From: an uncultured Chloroflexia bacterium
GTDB lineage: Bacteria > Chloroflexota > Chloroflexia > Thermomicrobiales > UBA6265
DNA: 64,000 nt
Assembly (NCBI GenBank): GCA_963724295.1
Contig: CAVRUC010000004.1
Coordinates: 1-64,000, forward strand
Direction of reading: 5' to 3'
The notes beneath the pieces are model-generated. The model saw nothing but the letters and a program-made list of their open reading frames with translations, searched no databases and was not told the DNA's origin. The first letter of the stretch is position 1; every line of letters starts with the position of its first letter. Of the stretch, positions 28,747 through 39,390 are shown in pieces. The position numbers were made by a program, and so were the translations under genes.

Positions 28747-31203
28747 ATGACGCACAACAATGCTCCGTATTTCGATGTCACGGCCGGCGGAATCTCGCGC
28801 CGTCGCCTCGTACAGGGCGCCGCTGGCCTGGGACTCGCAGCTGTCATCCCGGCCGCCGGCAGCCTGGCCGCGGTTGCTCGTGCCGCGGCCCAGGAGTCCG
28901 GCGGCCCCGGACCCGCCGCCGATCAACTGATCTTCTCCGCGTTCAACGTCGATCAGGCCCCGATCGAGATCACCCAGGACAAGATGGACCTCTACCTCTA
29001 CGGTCTCAAGGCCGCGGGGGCGGAGGAGCTCGCCGGCGCCGAGGGCGTGCGCGTCATCCAGGCGCCGGCATCGACTCTTTCCCTGATCCTCAACCCCGCT
29101 CCCGCGCGGGAGGGCGAGCTGAACCCGTTCGCGATTCCCGAGATCCGGCAGGCCGTGCAGTACCTGGTCGACCGTGATTTCATCGCCGGCGACATCTATG
29201 GCGGTCGCGCCGTGCCGATGATCAGCCATGTCAGTCCTCTCGATTATGACGAGCTGACCGTCTTCGAGACGGTTCGCCGCTCCGGTATCCGTTTCGATCC
29301 GGAGTTTGCCAACGCGCTCATCGCCGAGCAGATGGAAGCAGCCGGGGCGACGCGGGATCAGGGGGTGTGGACCTTCCAGGGCCGGCCGGTGATGCTCAAG
29401 ATCATCGTCCGCGTCGAGGACGAGCGGCGCGACGTCGGTGATCTGGTCCGCGCGGCGCTGGAGGGCGCCGGCTTCCAGGTGCAACCTGTCTACCAACCGT
29501 TCGGGCCGGCAACGCTCGCCGTCTATGCCAGTGATCCGTTGACGTTCCAATGGCATGCCTACACCGAAGGCTGGAGTCGCACCGCACCCGATCGCTACGA
29601 TTTCGGCACGATCAACCAGATGTACGCGCCGTGGCTTGGCAACATGCCCGGCTGGCTCGAGACCGGATTCTGGCAGTATGAGAACGAGGAGCTGGACCGC
29701 ATCGGCCAGCAACTCTATCGCGGTGAGTTCGGCAGCAAGGACGAGCGCGACGATCTCTACCGCCAGATGACGAGCATGGGTCTGGGCGAGAGTGTCCGCC
29801 TCTGGCTGGCCACCGCGCTGCAGAGCTTCCCCGCCAGAAACGAGCTGGAAAACCTCAACGTCGACATCGTCGGCGGACCCAAGTCGGCCTTGAGCTTGCG
29901 GGAAGCCAGTGTCGCCGGCTCCGACGAAATCCGGGTTGGCAATCTCTGGGTCTGGACCGATCGCACAGTCTGGAACCCGGTCGGCGGCTTCGGCGACGCC
30001 TATTCGAGTGACATCTACAAGAATCTGGTCGACGCGCCGGTTATCAGTCACCCCTTTAGTGGACTCCCAATTCCCTTCCGCGCGAACTTCGAGTCCGAGA
30101 CAGCCGGGCCGGACGGCACCCTCGAGGTCCCCGAGGATGCTGTGCTCTGGGATGCGGCTGCCGATGCCTGGACGCCTGTTGGCCCCGGCGTCACCGCCGT
30201 CAGCAAGGTCACCTACGACTACAGCAAGTACTTCCAGGCGCCATTTCACCACGGCCAGCAGATCACCCCGGCCGATCTCATCTACTCGATTGCCCAGGCC
30301 TGGGAACTGGCGTACGACGAGGAGCGGATTCAGATCGAGACGGCCCTGGGGATCACCTCGCGGCCCTTCCTAGAAACGTTCAAGGGCTTCCGCTTGCTCG
30401 AAGACAACCGGCTGGAGACGTACGTCGACTTCTGGCATTTCGAGCCGTCGTACATCGCCTCGTACGCCATTGCCGGCGGAGTCAGCACGCCATGGGAGCT
30501 GCTCTATGCCATGGACGACGTCGTCTTCTCGGAGCGGCGCGGAGCGTATTCAGATACTGCCGCGGCCCGCTTCAGCGTGCCCTGGCTGAGTCTGGTCACC
30601 GAAACCGACGCCCGGCTCGTCATCCGCACCATGCGGCGTTTCCTCGGTGACGAAGCATTCCCGGAGGCCATATTCAACCTGAACGGTCGCCAGCTGGTCA
30701 CCATCGACGAGGCGAAGGCCCGCTATCAGGCCTGTATCGACTGGTTCGACAAGACCAACATGCTGATGATCTCCAATGGACCATTCTTCCTGACCCGCTA
30801 TGACCCGCCGGCCCAGTTCGCGCAGGCGGACGCCTTTCGCGCCGAGGGCTACCCGTTCAAACCGGGCGACTGGGAGTTCGGTGAGCCACCGGTGCTGGTC
30901 CTCGACGTGGAGCCCCCACCCCCGGTCGTGCTCGGGGACGCCATCTCCCTGCCGGTCCGGGTCGAAGGACCAGGAGCGCTCTCGCTGCGGTACGCGCTGG
31001 TCGATCCCAGCGCCGCGGACGCTGAGAGCAGCATCGTGGCCAGTGGTGACGCCGCGGGCACCGACGGCACGTTCACCGTGGAGATCGGCTCGGACATCAC
31101 CGCGCTCCTCTTCCCGAGCGTCTATCAGCTCTACTTGCTGGCTTCGAGTGACGAGCTCGCTCGTGTCACGGAGCGGGTGGTCGATCTGCCTGTCGGGGTC
31201 TAG
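28747..31203 (+). CDS. ABC substrate-binding protein (family 5-like), Tat signal
   Basis: ISRRRLV Tat motif; NPFAIPEIRQA; followed by Dpp/Opp-type permeases. Confidence 0.88.
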   Translation: MTHNNAPYFDVTAGGISRRRLVQGAAGLGLAAVIPAAGSLAAVARAAAQESGGPGPAADQLIFSAFNVDQAPIEITQDKMDLYLYGLKAAGAEELAGAEGVRVIQAPASTLSLILNPAPAREGELNPFAIPEIRQAVQYLVDRDFIAGDIYGGRAVPMISHVSPLDYDELTVFETVRRSGIRFDPEFANALIAEQMEAAGATRDQGVWTFQGRPVMLKIIVRVEDERRDVGDLVRAALEGAGFQVQPVYQPFGPATLAVYASDPLTFQWHAYTEGWSRTAPDRYDFGTINQMYAPWLGNMPGWLETGFWQYENEELDRIGQQLYRGEFGSKDERDDLYRQMTSMGLGESVRLWLATALQSFPARNELENLNVDIVGGPKSALSLREASVAGSDEIRVGNLWVWTDRTVWNPVGGFGDAYSSDIYKNLVDAPVISHPFSGLPIPFRANFESETAGPDGTLEVPEDAVLWDAAADAWTPVGPGVTAVSKVTYDYSKYFQAPFHHGQQITPADLIYSIAQAWELAYDEERIQIETALGITSRPFLETFKGFRLLEDNRLETYVDFWHFEPSYIASYAIAGGVSTPWELLYAMDDVVFSERRGAYSDTAAARFSVPWLSLVTETDARLVIRTMRRFLGDEAFPEAIFNLNGRQLVTIDEAKARYQACIDWFDKTNMLMISNGPFFLTRYDPPAQFAQADAFRAEGYPFKPGDWEFGEPPVLVLDVEPPPPVVLGDAISLPVRVEGPGALSLRYALVDPSAADAESSIVASGDAAGTDGTFTVEIGSDITALLFPSVYQLYLLASSDELARVTERVVDLPVGV

Positions 31204-31221
31204 CGAAGGCGTCGCACACTG

Positions 31222-32274
31222 GTGGCCGCGACCGTACGTCAACTAGCCCTGAGAGCGCTATCGCTCCTGGGGGTCCTGCTGGCAGTGCTCGTGCTGCTCG
31301 TCGTCGTTCTCGGCGCAACAGGTTTTTCCGATAACCTGTTGCGGGCCCAGGTGAGCGAAGACGTGCGCGCCATGCGACAGGCGCTCTCCCAGACAATTCG
31401 CAATCCAGCGGAGCTGGAGCAAACCATCACCGCCCGCCAGGCCGAGCTCGAATCGTTCTATGGCCTCGATGAGCCGTGGTACACGCGGCTCCCGGCGGCA
31501 GTCGGTCGGGTGCTGCGGCTCGATCTGGGCGAATCCCGGTCGTTGCGCACCGCCTCGGGATCGCGCGAGGTCGGCGCGATCGTGCTCGAGCGGCTCCCCT
31601 ACACAGTACTGTTGCTGACCACCTCTTCATTGATCACCGCGGCGGTCGGGCTTCTCATTGGCGTCCGCATGGCGACTCGCGTCGGCACTCCTCTGGACAA
31701 AGGCGTCGCCTATTTCGCGGCTGTCTCATTTGCCGTTCCAGGGTGGTGGCTTGGCATCCTCTTCATCCTGCTGTTCGCGTTCAAGCTCAACTGGCTGCCG
31801 TCTGGTGGCATGTTCTCCACGCCGCCACCACAAGGAACGTGGCCGCGGCTCCTCGATCTCGGCATGCACGCGTTGCTACCGATCATCACCTTGGTAACGG
31901 TCAGCGTAGGACCGTATATCTACACGGTGCGCACCATGACCATGACTGTCGCCCAGGAGGACCACGTGGCGCTGGCGCGCGCGAAGGGAATTCCTGAGGG
32001 TCAGGTCTTGCGCCGGCACATCCTGCGTGTCGCGGCGCCGCCGATAGTCACCGGGCTGGTTCTGGGGCTTGCTGGTTCGCTCTCCGGCTCGATCCTCGTC
32101 GAGACCATCTTCAACTGGCAGGGGATGGGTCAACTCTATTTCCAGGCGATCGGCGCGCTCGACGAAGCCGTCGTCGTGGCGCTGACGTTCATCTTCACGC
32201 TACTTTACGTCGTCCTGCGATTCGTCCTCGACGTGCTCTACCTGGTCCTCGACCCTCGCGTGCGCTATGGCTGA
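31222..32274 (+). CDS. ABC permease (DppB/OppB type)
   Basis: YGLDEP, ERLPYT, ARAKG, VETIFNWQGMG, LDPRVR. Confidence 0.93.
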   Translation: MAATVRQLALRALSLLGVLLAVLVLLVVVLGATGFSDNLLRAQVSEDVRAMRQALSQTIRNPAELEQTITARQAELESFYGLDEPWYTRLPAAVGRVLRLDLGESRSLRTASGSREVGAIVLERLPYTVLLLTTSSLITAAVGLLIGVRMATRVGTPLDKGVAYFAAVSFAVPGWWLGILFILLFAFKLNWLPSGGMFSTPPPQGTWPRLLDLGMHALLPIITLVTVSVGPYIYTVRTMTMTVAQEDHVALARAKGIPEGQVLRRHILRVAAPPIVTGLVLGLAGSLSGSILVETIFNWQGMGQLYFQAIGALDEAVVVALTFIFTLLYVVLRFVLDVLYLVLDPRVRYG

Positions 32275-32280
32275 CGGGCA

Positions 32281-33840
32281 GTGACTGACAAGCTATCCGC
32301 GGAGCAGCCGCACATTGCACCCGGCGGCGCTACGCAGCCGCCACCGGCCATCCTGATCGACCAAGCAGCGGTCCGAGCTCCAGCCGAGATTGGTGCGACA
32401 GCCGATTCCTCGCCTCCAGGCGCATGGCAGCTCTTTCTCACCAGCGGCAGTGGCCGCGCGGGACTGGCGCTGTTCGCCGTGATGTTGCTGGTGTCACTCT
32501 GGGTGCTCCTCACTTACCCGCTCAATTTCGGTTCGGCTCTCTGGAGTAACCCAGCGTACTGGGCGGACAATCCGCGCCACGCGCCGCCGATTTGGTCGTC
32601 GGTCTGGAGTGGGCAGGCGGCGGTGCCGCAGATGGCCGTGGATATAACGCAACCTGCTGAGACGAGGTCTATTCCGGCCGGAGAGGTCCGCATCTATCAA
32701 GCCCCGATCGATTTCACCTACGACCGGGCACCGACGTCGCTGATCCTGACGCTCAATGGGTTGACATTCCAGTCCCGTGCTCCTGCCATTCTCGTCAGCC
32801 TGACCCGACCTGACGGAGGTACGATTCGTCTCGCTAGCGTCCCCGTGCGCGGTCCTCGACCCGGTGAGGCGGCGCCGTATCGCCGCTTCTATGACGTCCC
32901 GGAGCGGATTCCACTTACCAACCAGCCGGCCGCCGCCGACGCCCTCTCACGCTTCTATGCGGAGAAGTACCCGGGCGTAGCCACGCCAAGCCGCATCCAG
33001 CCGATCCTGGCTGGGGCGCTCTTTGGCGTTCCCGCCAGTGACGGCTCCGGGCGGATCGACCCGTTGCACGGTGACTACCGGGTCGACGTGCAAGTTGTCG
33101 TGGCGAATCCGGAAGACGAGCTCGCGCCAATGCAGGTAACGCTTGGCGGGACGGTCTTTGGCATTATGGGGACTGACGGCCTGGGCCGAGATCTGTGGCA
33201 GGGTCTTCTCTACGGGTTCCCGGTAGCCCTGCTCATCGCTACGCTCACGGCGCTCCTTTCGACGCTCATCGGCGCCTCGCTCGGCATCCTCAGTGGCTTC
33301 GCCGGTGGAGCGACCGACTCCGTCATCCAGCGCGCTGCCGATGTCATCTCGAACGTGCCGACGCTCCCGCTGCTGATCTTCATCGTCTCGATTCTGGGGC
33401 GCCATCTCTGGTTGATCATGCTGGTGCTGGTCGCGTTTTCCTGGCCCGGTCTCACTATCCTCGTGCGCTCGATGGTGTTGCAGTTGCGCGAGGGGCAACT
33501 CGTCGAAGCCGCCCGCTCCATGGGCGCACCGCGGTCGCGGATCATGCGGAAACACGTTTTCCCCCAGGTGGCGCCGTTTATCGTGGCGCAGATGATCTTC
33601 TTCGCGCCGGCCGCCATTCTGGCCGAGGCGTCCCTCTCGTTCCTCGGGCTGGGAGATCCGTCGATCCCGACCTGGGGTCAACTGCTCGAAGCCGGCTTTC
33701 GCACCGGGGCCCTCTACGTCGGCTACTGGTGGTGGGTGCTGCCGCCCGGCATCCTGATCGTCATCACCGCGCTGGCCTTCATGCTCCTGGCGCTCGCTCT
33801 TGAACCGGTCGTCGATCCGCGCTTGCGCCGCTCAGGGTAA
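32281..33840 (+). CDS. ABC permease (DppC/OppC type) with large extracytoplasmic insert
   Basis: MGTDGLGRD, VEAARSMGA, EASLSFLGLGDP, WWWVLPPG. Confidence 0.93.
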   Translation: MTDKLSAEQPHIAPGGATQPPPAILIDQAAVRAPAEIGATADSSPPGAWQLFLTSGSGRAGLALFAVMLLVSLWVLLTYPLNFGSALWSNPAYWADNPRHAPPIWSSVWSGQAAVPQMAVDITQPAETRSIPAGEVRIYQAPIDFTYDRAPTSLILTLNGLTFQSRAPAILVSLTRPDGGTIRLASVPVRGPRPGEAAPYRRFYDVPERIPLTNQPAAADALSRFYAEKYPGVATPSRIQPILAGALFGVPASDGSGRIDPLHGDYRVDVQVVVANPEDELAPMQVTLGGTVFGIMGTDGLGRDLWQGLLYGFPVALLIATLTALLSTLIGASLGILSGFAGGATDSVIQRAADVISNVPTLPLLIFIVSILGRHLWLIMLVLVAFSWPGLTILVRSMVLQLREGQLVEAARSMGAPRSRIMRKHVFPQVAPFIVAQMIFFAPAAILAEASLSFLGLGDPSIPTWGQLLEAGFRTGALYVGYWWWVLPPGILIVITALAFMLLALALEPVVDPRLRRSG

Positions 33841-34122
33841 GACCACGCCACCTGTTTCAGGAGTCCCCAAGCGCTGCCGTCGTTGCCGTCGCGCTCTCCT
33901 TCGCCGTAGCGGCACCGGCGTGGCGACGGGAGTCGCCTCCGGTGTCGGGGTCGGAGTCGGAACGAGCTGCGGCGGCGTCATGAATGGATCGCGCGTCGCG
34001 CTTGGCGCGGCTCGCGACACCAGCCAGAGAATCCCGAGCACGAGGGCCGCTCCGGCCGCGACCAGGGTCGCTCCGACCAGCTCGCGCCGGGTGCTATAGC
34101 TCGGTTCCTGGCGATCGGCCAC
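33832..34122 (-). CDS. Small membrane-anchored Pro/Thr-rich protein
   Basis: TM segment followed by PTPTPTPEATPVATP. Confidence 0.5.
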   Translation of the reverse strand: MADRQEPSYSTRRELVGATLVAAGAALVLGILWLVSRAAPSATRDPFMTPPQLVPTPTPTPEATPVATPVPLRRRRARRQRRQRLGTPETGGVVLP

Positions 34123-34140
34123 GCGCGTTCCGCGACGTTC

Positions 34141-35244
34141 TTAGACGAGATACCGGCCGTCGCGCATGAACGGCTCACCGTCCACCTCGACCGAGCCACC
34201 TTCGCGAAGATCGCAGATCAGATCCCAGTGAATGGCCGATTGGTTCGTGCTCCCGGTCTCCGGATAACCAGCACCAAGCGCCATGTGCACCGTGCCGCCG
34301 ATCTTCTCGTCAAAGAGGATGTTCTTGGTGAACGTCGTGATGTCGAAGTTCGTCCCGAACGCCAACTCGCCGAGCGCGCGTGCGCCGGGGTCGGCATCGA
34401 GGGTCTCCAGCAGAAATCCCTCACCGCGACTGGCCGACGCATCGACGACACGCCCGCCCTCGAACCTCAGCCGCACGTCGTGGATCTCTCGACCATCGAC
34501 CACTACCGGGAATGAGAAGCGGATGTGCCCTTCCGTCGCGTCCTCGACCGGCCCGGTGAAGATTTCCCCATCGGGGAAATTGTTCGTGCCATCGCAGTTG
34601 ATCCAGACGCGATCGTTAACGGCCAGGCGGAGATCGGTATCTGGGCCCTGAAGGCGGATCTCTTGCTTGCCCGCCAGCCAATCGATCAACCGCTGCTGCA
34701 TCGCTCCCTGTCTGCGCCACGCCGCCGCGGGATCGTCCGCTCCGAGCTTGCACGCGTCGAAGACGAACGCCGTGAACTCGGGTGTCGACATTTCCGCGTC
34801 CTGGGCATACCCATTCGTCGGGTAGAGCGTCAGCGTCCAGCGGCACTCGCCGGTCGCGGCTCGCTCCATCATGGTCTGCAGGAGCTCGCCATGACTTCGT
34901 TTGCGAGCGATCTGGCGGTTCGGATCAATGCCCGAGAGCGTCTTCGTGTTCTCGTCACCCATGACGCGGATCAACACGTCTGCTTCACCGCGCGACCACC
35001 GATCGATGGGCGAGATCCAGGCAACCTGCTCGTCTGATCCCAGTCCAAGCAGGTCGGCGTTCAACTCGCCGAAGCGCGGGATCATGACCGGCAGGCCACC
35101 GGCGCGGAGGGTTTCACGGTAGATCGCTCCCAGGAGCGGACGCGCCGAGACTTCCCCCTCGATCGAGACGACGTCACCGGGCTGAACTCCGGTCGAATAG
35201 GTCACCAGCGTTCGCGCCCACGCATCGATGCGGGGATCGGTCAT
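34141..35244 (-). CDS. Aminopeptidase, M29 (AmpS/AmpT-like)
   Basis: NFPDGEIFTGP, GELAFG, LFDEKIGGTVHMALG, NQSAIHWD. Confidence 0.95.
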   Translation of the reverse strand: MTDPRIDAWARTLVTYSTGVQPGDVVSIEGEVSARPLLGAIYRETLRAGGLPVMIPRFGELNADLLGLGSDEQVAWISPIDRWSRGEADVLIRVMGDENTKTLSGIDPNRQIARKRSHGELLQTMMERAATGECRWTLTLYPTNGYAQDAEMSTPEFTAFVFDACKLGADDPAAAWRRQGAMQQRLIDWLAGKQEIRLQGPDTDLRLAVNDRVWINCDGTNNFPDGEIFTGPVEDATEGHIRFSFPVVVDGREIHDVRLRFEGGRVVDASASRGEGFLLETLDADPGARALGELAFGTNFDITTFTKNILFDEKIGGTVHMALGAGYPETGSTNQSAIHWDLICDLREGGSVEVDGEPFMRDGRYLV

Positions 35245-35331
35245 TGCGGAGACTCCTGGGGCATAGGCTGCACTCGCGCCCGGCCAGGTTGCCGGGCGGC
35301 GTGGCGGTTATACCATCACCGCCGGGCCCCG

Positions 35332-37530
35332 CTACCGCGCGGGCTGCAGGACCTCGATGGCCGCGACGATGGGCTCGCCCTCGCTGGCGGAGAAACTCAG
35401 ATTGAGCTCGCCATCCTCGACGTCGACTTCGGCCTGCTTGACCAGAGCGGTCAACTCTCCCACTTCGGCAAAGATATCGAGATCCTCGAGCAAGACCTCA
35501 CCCTCGGCAGAGACCGAGAAGACGCGCCGCCCCTCATCGCCCTCCGGTCCGCCCGGAGACCCCCAGTACGGCTCGGCAAAGTAGAGCCGGACCATGTACG
35601 TGCCACTCTCATCCACCGGGATGGAATAGGCGAAGCCACGGCGCTTGCCCGGACCGGACCCGGACCGCTGGGTGAGGTACAGATCCGGGTCGTCGGTCCC
35701 CACCACGTCGAGGTCTCCACTCCAGTTGAGTGCCGAGCCTCCGTCGAAGTACCGGTCGCTGTTCCAACCGGGCGGGACGCCACCCTCCTTACCGCGACGA
35801 TCGCGGCGTTTCTTCTCGGAGTTGCCGGCGTCCTGACGGGGCGCGTCAGCCGCAGCCGGCTCGCGCGATCGCTCCGGCGCCGCCGCGGCGGCGCTTCGCG
35901 ACGACCCGTCACGGCGGCTGCCGTCCTTGCGCGGAGGCTCCGCTTCGCGATTGCCCGCGTCCTCGGTCCTGTTCTGATCCGCCTGGCCGCCATTGCGGGA
36001 AGTGGCCGCCTCGTCCAGCGGCTCTGATTCGTCGCTCGTGTCGGGATCAGTTGCGGTTTCATTTGGTTCCGAATCTCGCTCGGTAGCACGTGGAGGATCT
36101 CCATCCTCCTTCGTACCGGTGATCACCAGACCGTTCTCGACCGGAACCGGCGACGAGCCGTTGCGATCTCCGCCATCGCCCGCTTGACCGTTCAGCGGCT
36201 CACCGTCGCCCGCGGCGCCGTCATCCGTGGATTCGTCCCCCTGCAATTCTTCTTGCAGGAGCAGTTTGGCTCGCACCCACCCTCGGGCAAAGCGACTGTC
36301 CTGAACTTCGACATCGCTGTCGGCCTGGTCACGCGCAGGCCGGCCACCGCTTTCCTGCCGCGCGTTTCGTGTTCCCTCGTCGTTTGGCTCGTCGTCGGCG
36401 GGTGGCGCGGCGGTCGATTCCGCGTCGGCAGCGGCCCCGGCGTCGATCTTCACGATCGAGTCCCAGTCCTTCGCATCAGCGCCAGCTTCCTCGTCCCAGG
36501 CTCGCCGTGACGCGGGCGGTGGTTCCGGCGGCGCATCGAGCTCGCCGGAAGCGGCCGCCTCGGCGATCAATTCTTCGTTTCGCCGAGGATTGTCTCGAAC
36601 CGGTTCCTCGGCTGGCGGCTCGTCCTGGGCCGGGGGGCCGCCAATCCCTTCTTCCTCTGAGTCCACTCCGGTGGTGATGACAGGTCTGGCGATGTCGGTG
36701 CGGTCTCGCTGCTTTGACCGCGATTGACCATCCCGTTCTACCTCTTCACCGTTCAGGTTCTCACCGTTCTCAGTTGGCGGCGACTCCGCCGCTCCCGCGT
36801 CACCGTCACTCCCGAGCTCGGGCACCGGTTCAGGTTCCGGTTCGATTCCGTCCGGAGATTTGTCACAGGGGTCGCCCAGGCCGTCGCCATCCTGGTCGGC
36901 AAAGTTCGAGGTGGAAACGTGCGGGCAGTTGTCCGACTTGTCGGGAACGGTGTCGCCGTCCGTATCCTGATAGACCGTGCAGGGATCGCCATGCCCATCC
37001 CCGTCCGCATCGGCCTGATCCGGATTCTGGACACTGGGGCAGTTGTCGAGCGCGTCCGGGATGTAATCGCCGTCCGAGTCGAGATCGAGGAGGGTTCGCT
37101 CGTTTGAGGAACCGGAGCTGTTGCCGGTGGTCAGCGGCTGCTCGACACCCGCCGCGTCATCGCCATAGACGACGTCGCTTTGACCGGAATCACCGGCCGG
37201 AACAGTCTCCGCCGCGACCTCATCCTGATTGTTGGTTCGGTCTTTCGGTCGCGCCTCGACGGCCGGAATGACGGCGATCGCAAAGGCGATGATGAGGGCG
37301 AGCACGCCTAGGAGCGCTCGCGGTGCGGCTCCTCCTGGCACTGGCGATCCCTCCCAGCGGTCGCGGCGGCGTGGCAGCGCCGGTTCGCGAGACGTCCGGT
37401 CTGCCCCGGTGAATCTCGCGCCTTGACGCTCGGTCCCAACGGGTGCGGGTTCCGTTAGGATACCGGTGTACGAACGGCGTTGTCTATGTCTTGCTGTCAC
37501 ATCCAGGAAATCCCGTGGCAGATCCGTCAA
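35332..37530 (-). CDS. Exported protein with thrombospondin type-3 repeats and C-terminal malectin-like domain (true start probably downstream)
   Basis: DSDGDYIPDALDNCP, DADGDGHGDPC; LYLTQR..VRLYFAE..GRRVFSV..LDIFAEVG. Confidence 0.8.
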   Translation of the reverse strand: MTDLPRDFLDVTARHRQRRSYTGILTEPAPVGTERQGARFTGADRTSREPALPRRRDRWEGSPVPGGAAPRALLGVLALIIAFAIAVIPAVEARPKDRTNNQDEVAAETVPAGDSGQSDVVYGDDAAGVEQPLTTGNSSGSSNERTLLDLDSDGDYIPDALDNCPSVQNPDQADADGDGHGDPCTVYQDTDGDTVPDKSDNCPHVSTSNFADQDGDGLGDPCDKSPDGIEPEPEPVPELGSDGDAGAAESPPTENGENLNGEEVERDGQSRSKQRDRTDIARPVITTGVDSEEEGIGGPPAQDEPPAEEPVRDNPRRNEELIAEAAASGELDAPPEPPPASRRAWDEEAGADAKDWDSIVKIDAGAAADAESTAAPPADDEPNDEGTRNARQESGGRPARDQADSDVEVQDSRFARGWVRAKLLLQEELQGDESTDDGAAGDGEPLNGQAGDGGDRNGSSPVPVENGLVITGTKEDGDPPRATERDSEPNETATDPDTSDESEPLDEAATSRNGGQADQNRTEDAGNREAEPPRKDGSRRDGSSRSAAAAAPERSREPAAADAPRQDAGNSEKKRRDRRGKEGGVPPGWNSDRYFDGGSALNWSGDLDVVGTDDPDLYLTQRSGSGPGKRRGFAYSIPVDESGTYMVRLYFAEPYWGSPGGPEGDEGRRVFSVSAEGEVLLEDLDIFAEVGELTALVKQAEVDVEDGELNLSFSASEGEPIVAAIEVLQPAR

Positions 37531-37535
37531 CTGGT

Positions 37536-38189
37536 ATGTCTACTCATGTAGCCGAAGCCCTACTCGGGCTCGCTCAGTTCGCCTCGAAGCTCAAGTCGGT
37601 GCCCCGCACCGGGTGGCTGGACCGGGGCGTCCCTCCCTTGCAGGTCGAATCGGTTGCCGACCACTCGCTGGGCGTAGCGATCCTGGCCTGGGGTTGCGCC
37701 CTGCAGCGGCGAGCAGAAGGCGTGGCCATCGATCCGGAACGCGTGCTGATGCTCGCCATCCTCCACGATCTGGCCGAGGCGCAGACTGGCGACGTCCCGC
37801 CCTACGATCCAGCCGCCATTCCGGGCGCGCACGAGCCGGCGGCTCGCCGCGCATTTCTTGAAACGCGCCACCGCCGTGATCCGGATCGTGACGCCGCAAA
37901 GCGGAGAGAGGAAGACGCCGCCGTGCGGGAGCTTCTGGACACACTGCCCGTCGCAACGCGATCAGCAATGGAGGAAGTCTGGGACGATCTGCGCCAGGGG
38001 ACCAGCAATGAAGCGCGATTCGTCAAGCAGGTCGACCGCCTGGAGACCTTTCTGCAGTCCCGGCGTTACCTGCGTGCCGATCCTACGCTCCCCATGGCGT
38101 CGTTTCATCAGGAAGTCTTCGAGGCGATCGATGATCCCCTGCTCTCCGCAATCCGTGACGCGGCGCTCGCGGATGACACGCCCGTTTGA
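37536..38189 (+). CDS. HD-domain phosphohydrolase (YfbR/HDDC2-like)
   Basis: LKSVPRTGW, ESVADHS, LHDLAEAQTGD, VKQVDRLE. Confidence 0.9.
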   Translation: MSTHVAEALLGLAQFASKLKSVPRTGWLDRGVPPLQVESVADHSLGVAILAWGCALQRRAEGVAIDPERVLMLAILHDLAEAQTGDVPPYDPAAIPGAHEPAARRAFLETRHRRDPDRDAAKRREEDAAVRELLDTLPVATRSAMEEVWDDLRQGTSNEARFVKQVDRLETFLQSRRYLRADPTLPMASFHQEVFEAIDDPLLSAIRDAALADDTPV

Positions 38190-38329
38190 CCGCATCGCGG
38201 GAATGACCTCGAGCCTGGTTTCGACCACGACGACACGAGGGTCCGCGGTCTGCTCCCCGATCGGTGCCACCGCCACTCCGGCGCGTTCTCACCCGCTTGG
38301 GCGACGGAGGCATTTCGAGGTCAGCACGC

Positions 38330-39218
38330 GTGAGTGACGAGGAGTCTCCCCAGGCCGGCACGCTCTCCGACGCCCTGCGGCGCGGACGAAAGCGTCTTGC
38401 ATCCGCGGGCAGCGCGACCCCGGGCCTCGATGCCGAGGTCCTGCTCCGTCACGTCCTGGGCATCGATCGCACCGAGCTTTTCGTGCGGCTTCCCGAACCG
38501 ATCACCGCATATGCCCTCGCGACCTATGACCGTCTGCTCGAAGAGCGTGCCGGCGATATCCCCGTTGCCTACCTCACCCGAGAACGGGAGTTCATGGGAC
38601 TGGCCTTTGAAGTCGGCCCAGGCGTGCTGGTGCCGCGTCCCGAGACCGAGCTGCTCGTCGCGTGGGCCGACACCTGGCTCGGCAGGCGTGGTCGAGACCG
38701 CGCCACTGTTGTCGACGTTGGGACCGGGTCGGGCGCGATCGCGATCGGCATCGCCGCGGCGATGGAACCGGACTGGCGGGGACGCATCATCGCCTCTGAC
38801 GTCTCGCCGGTTGCCATCTCGATCGCCGCCCGAAACCGCATACGTCTCGACGTCCACCATCGCATCGCACTCGTCCAGGGCTCGCTCATCTCCTGGCTGC
38901 GAGGTCCGGTCGATCTGGTGATCGCTAATCTGCCGTACCTGCGACCTGCCCAGATCGCGGGGAATCCCGCGCTTGCCGCTGAGCCGCGCCTGGCGCTCGA
39001 CGGCGGCCCGGATGGACTCGATCTGATCAGGCGGCTCCTCGACGATGCGCCGCGAGTCCTCGCACCGGGAGGAGCGATCGGCCTGGAGATCGACCCCAGC
39101 CAGAGCGACGTCGTCGTCAGCATGGCGCGCCGGGCGTTCCCGGCGATCCGAAATCGACGTGCTGCCTGACCTCGCGGGGTTCGCTCGACACGTCACCATC
39201 GAGACCAAATCCGGCTGA
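38330..39218 (+). CDS. prmC: Release factor glutamine methyltransferase, frameshift near 3' end
   Basis: VLVPRPETE, DVGTGSGAIA, ANLPY, EPRLALDGGPDGL; tail DLAGFARHV in the other frame. Confidence 0.93.
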
Positions 39219-39390
39219 TACCGGCCCCGACAGTCACATCCCAGTACGGATTCCCCCGCTCGTCAGCACACTGGTCATGCGCCTTCGGGGCGGCGGGTAG
39301 GGCGAGAGAGCGAACCGGGTTCGGCTACCATGCGCCCGGGGTCTTCGCCGCGACGGCGGATAGGGAATACGTGGACGGGGGTCATCGCGG

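Noticed and set aside
27093..30252. Long antisense ORFs (584 aa and 548 aa)
   Set aside because: Typical high-GC antisense shadows of well-supported plus-strand genes
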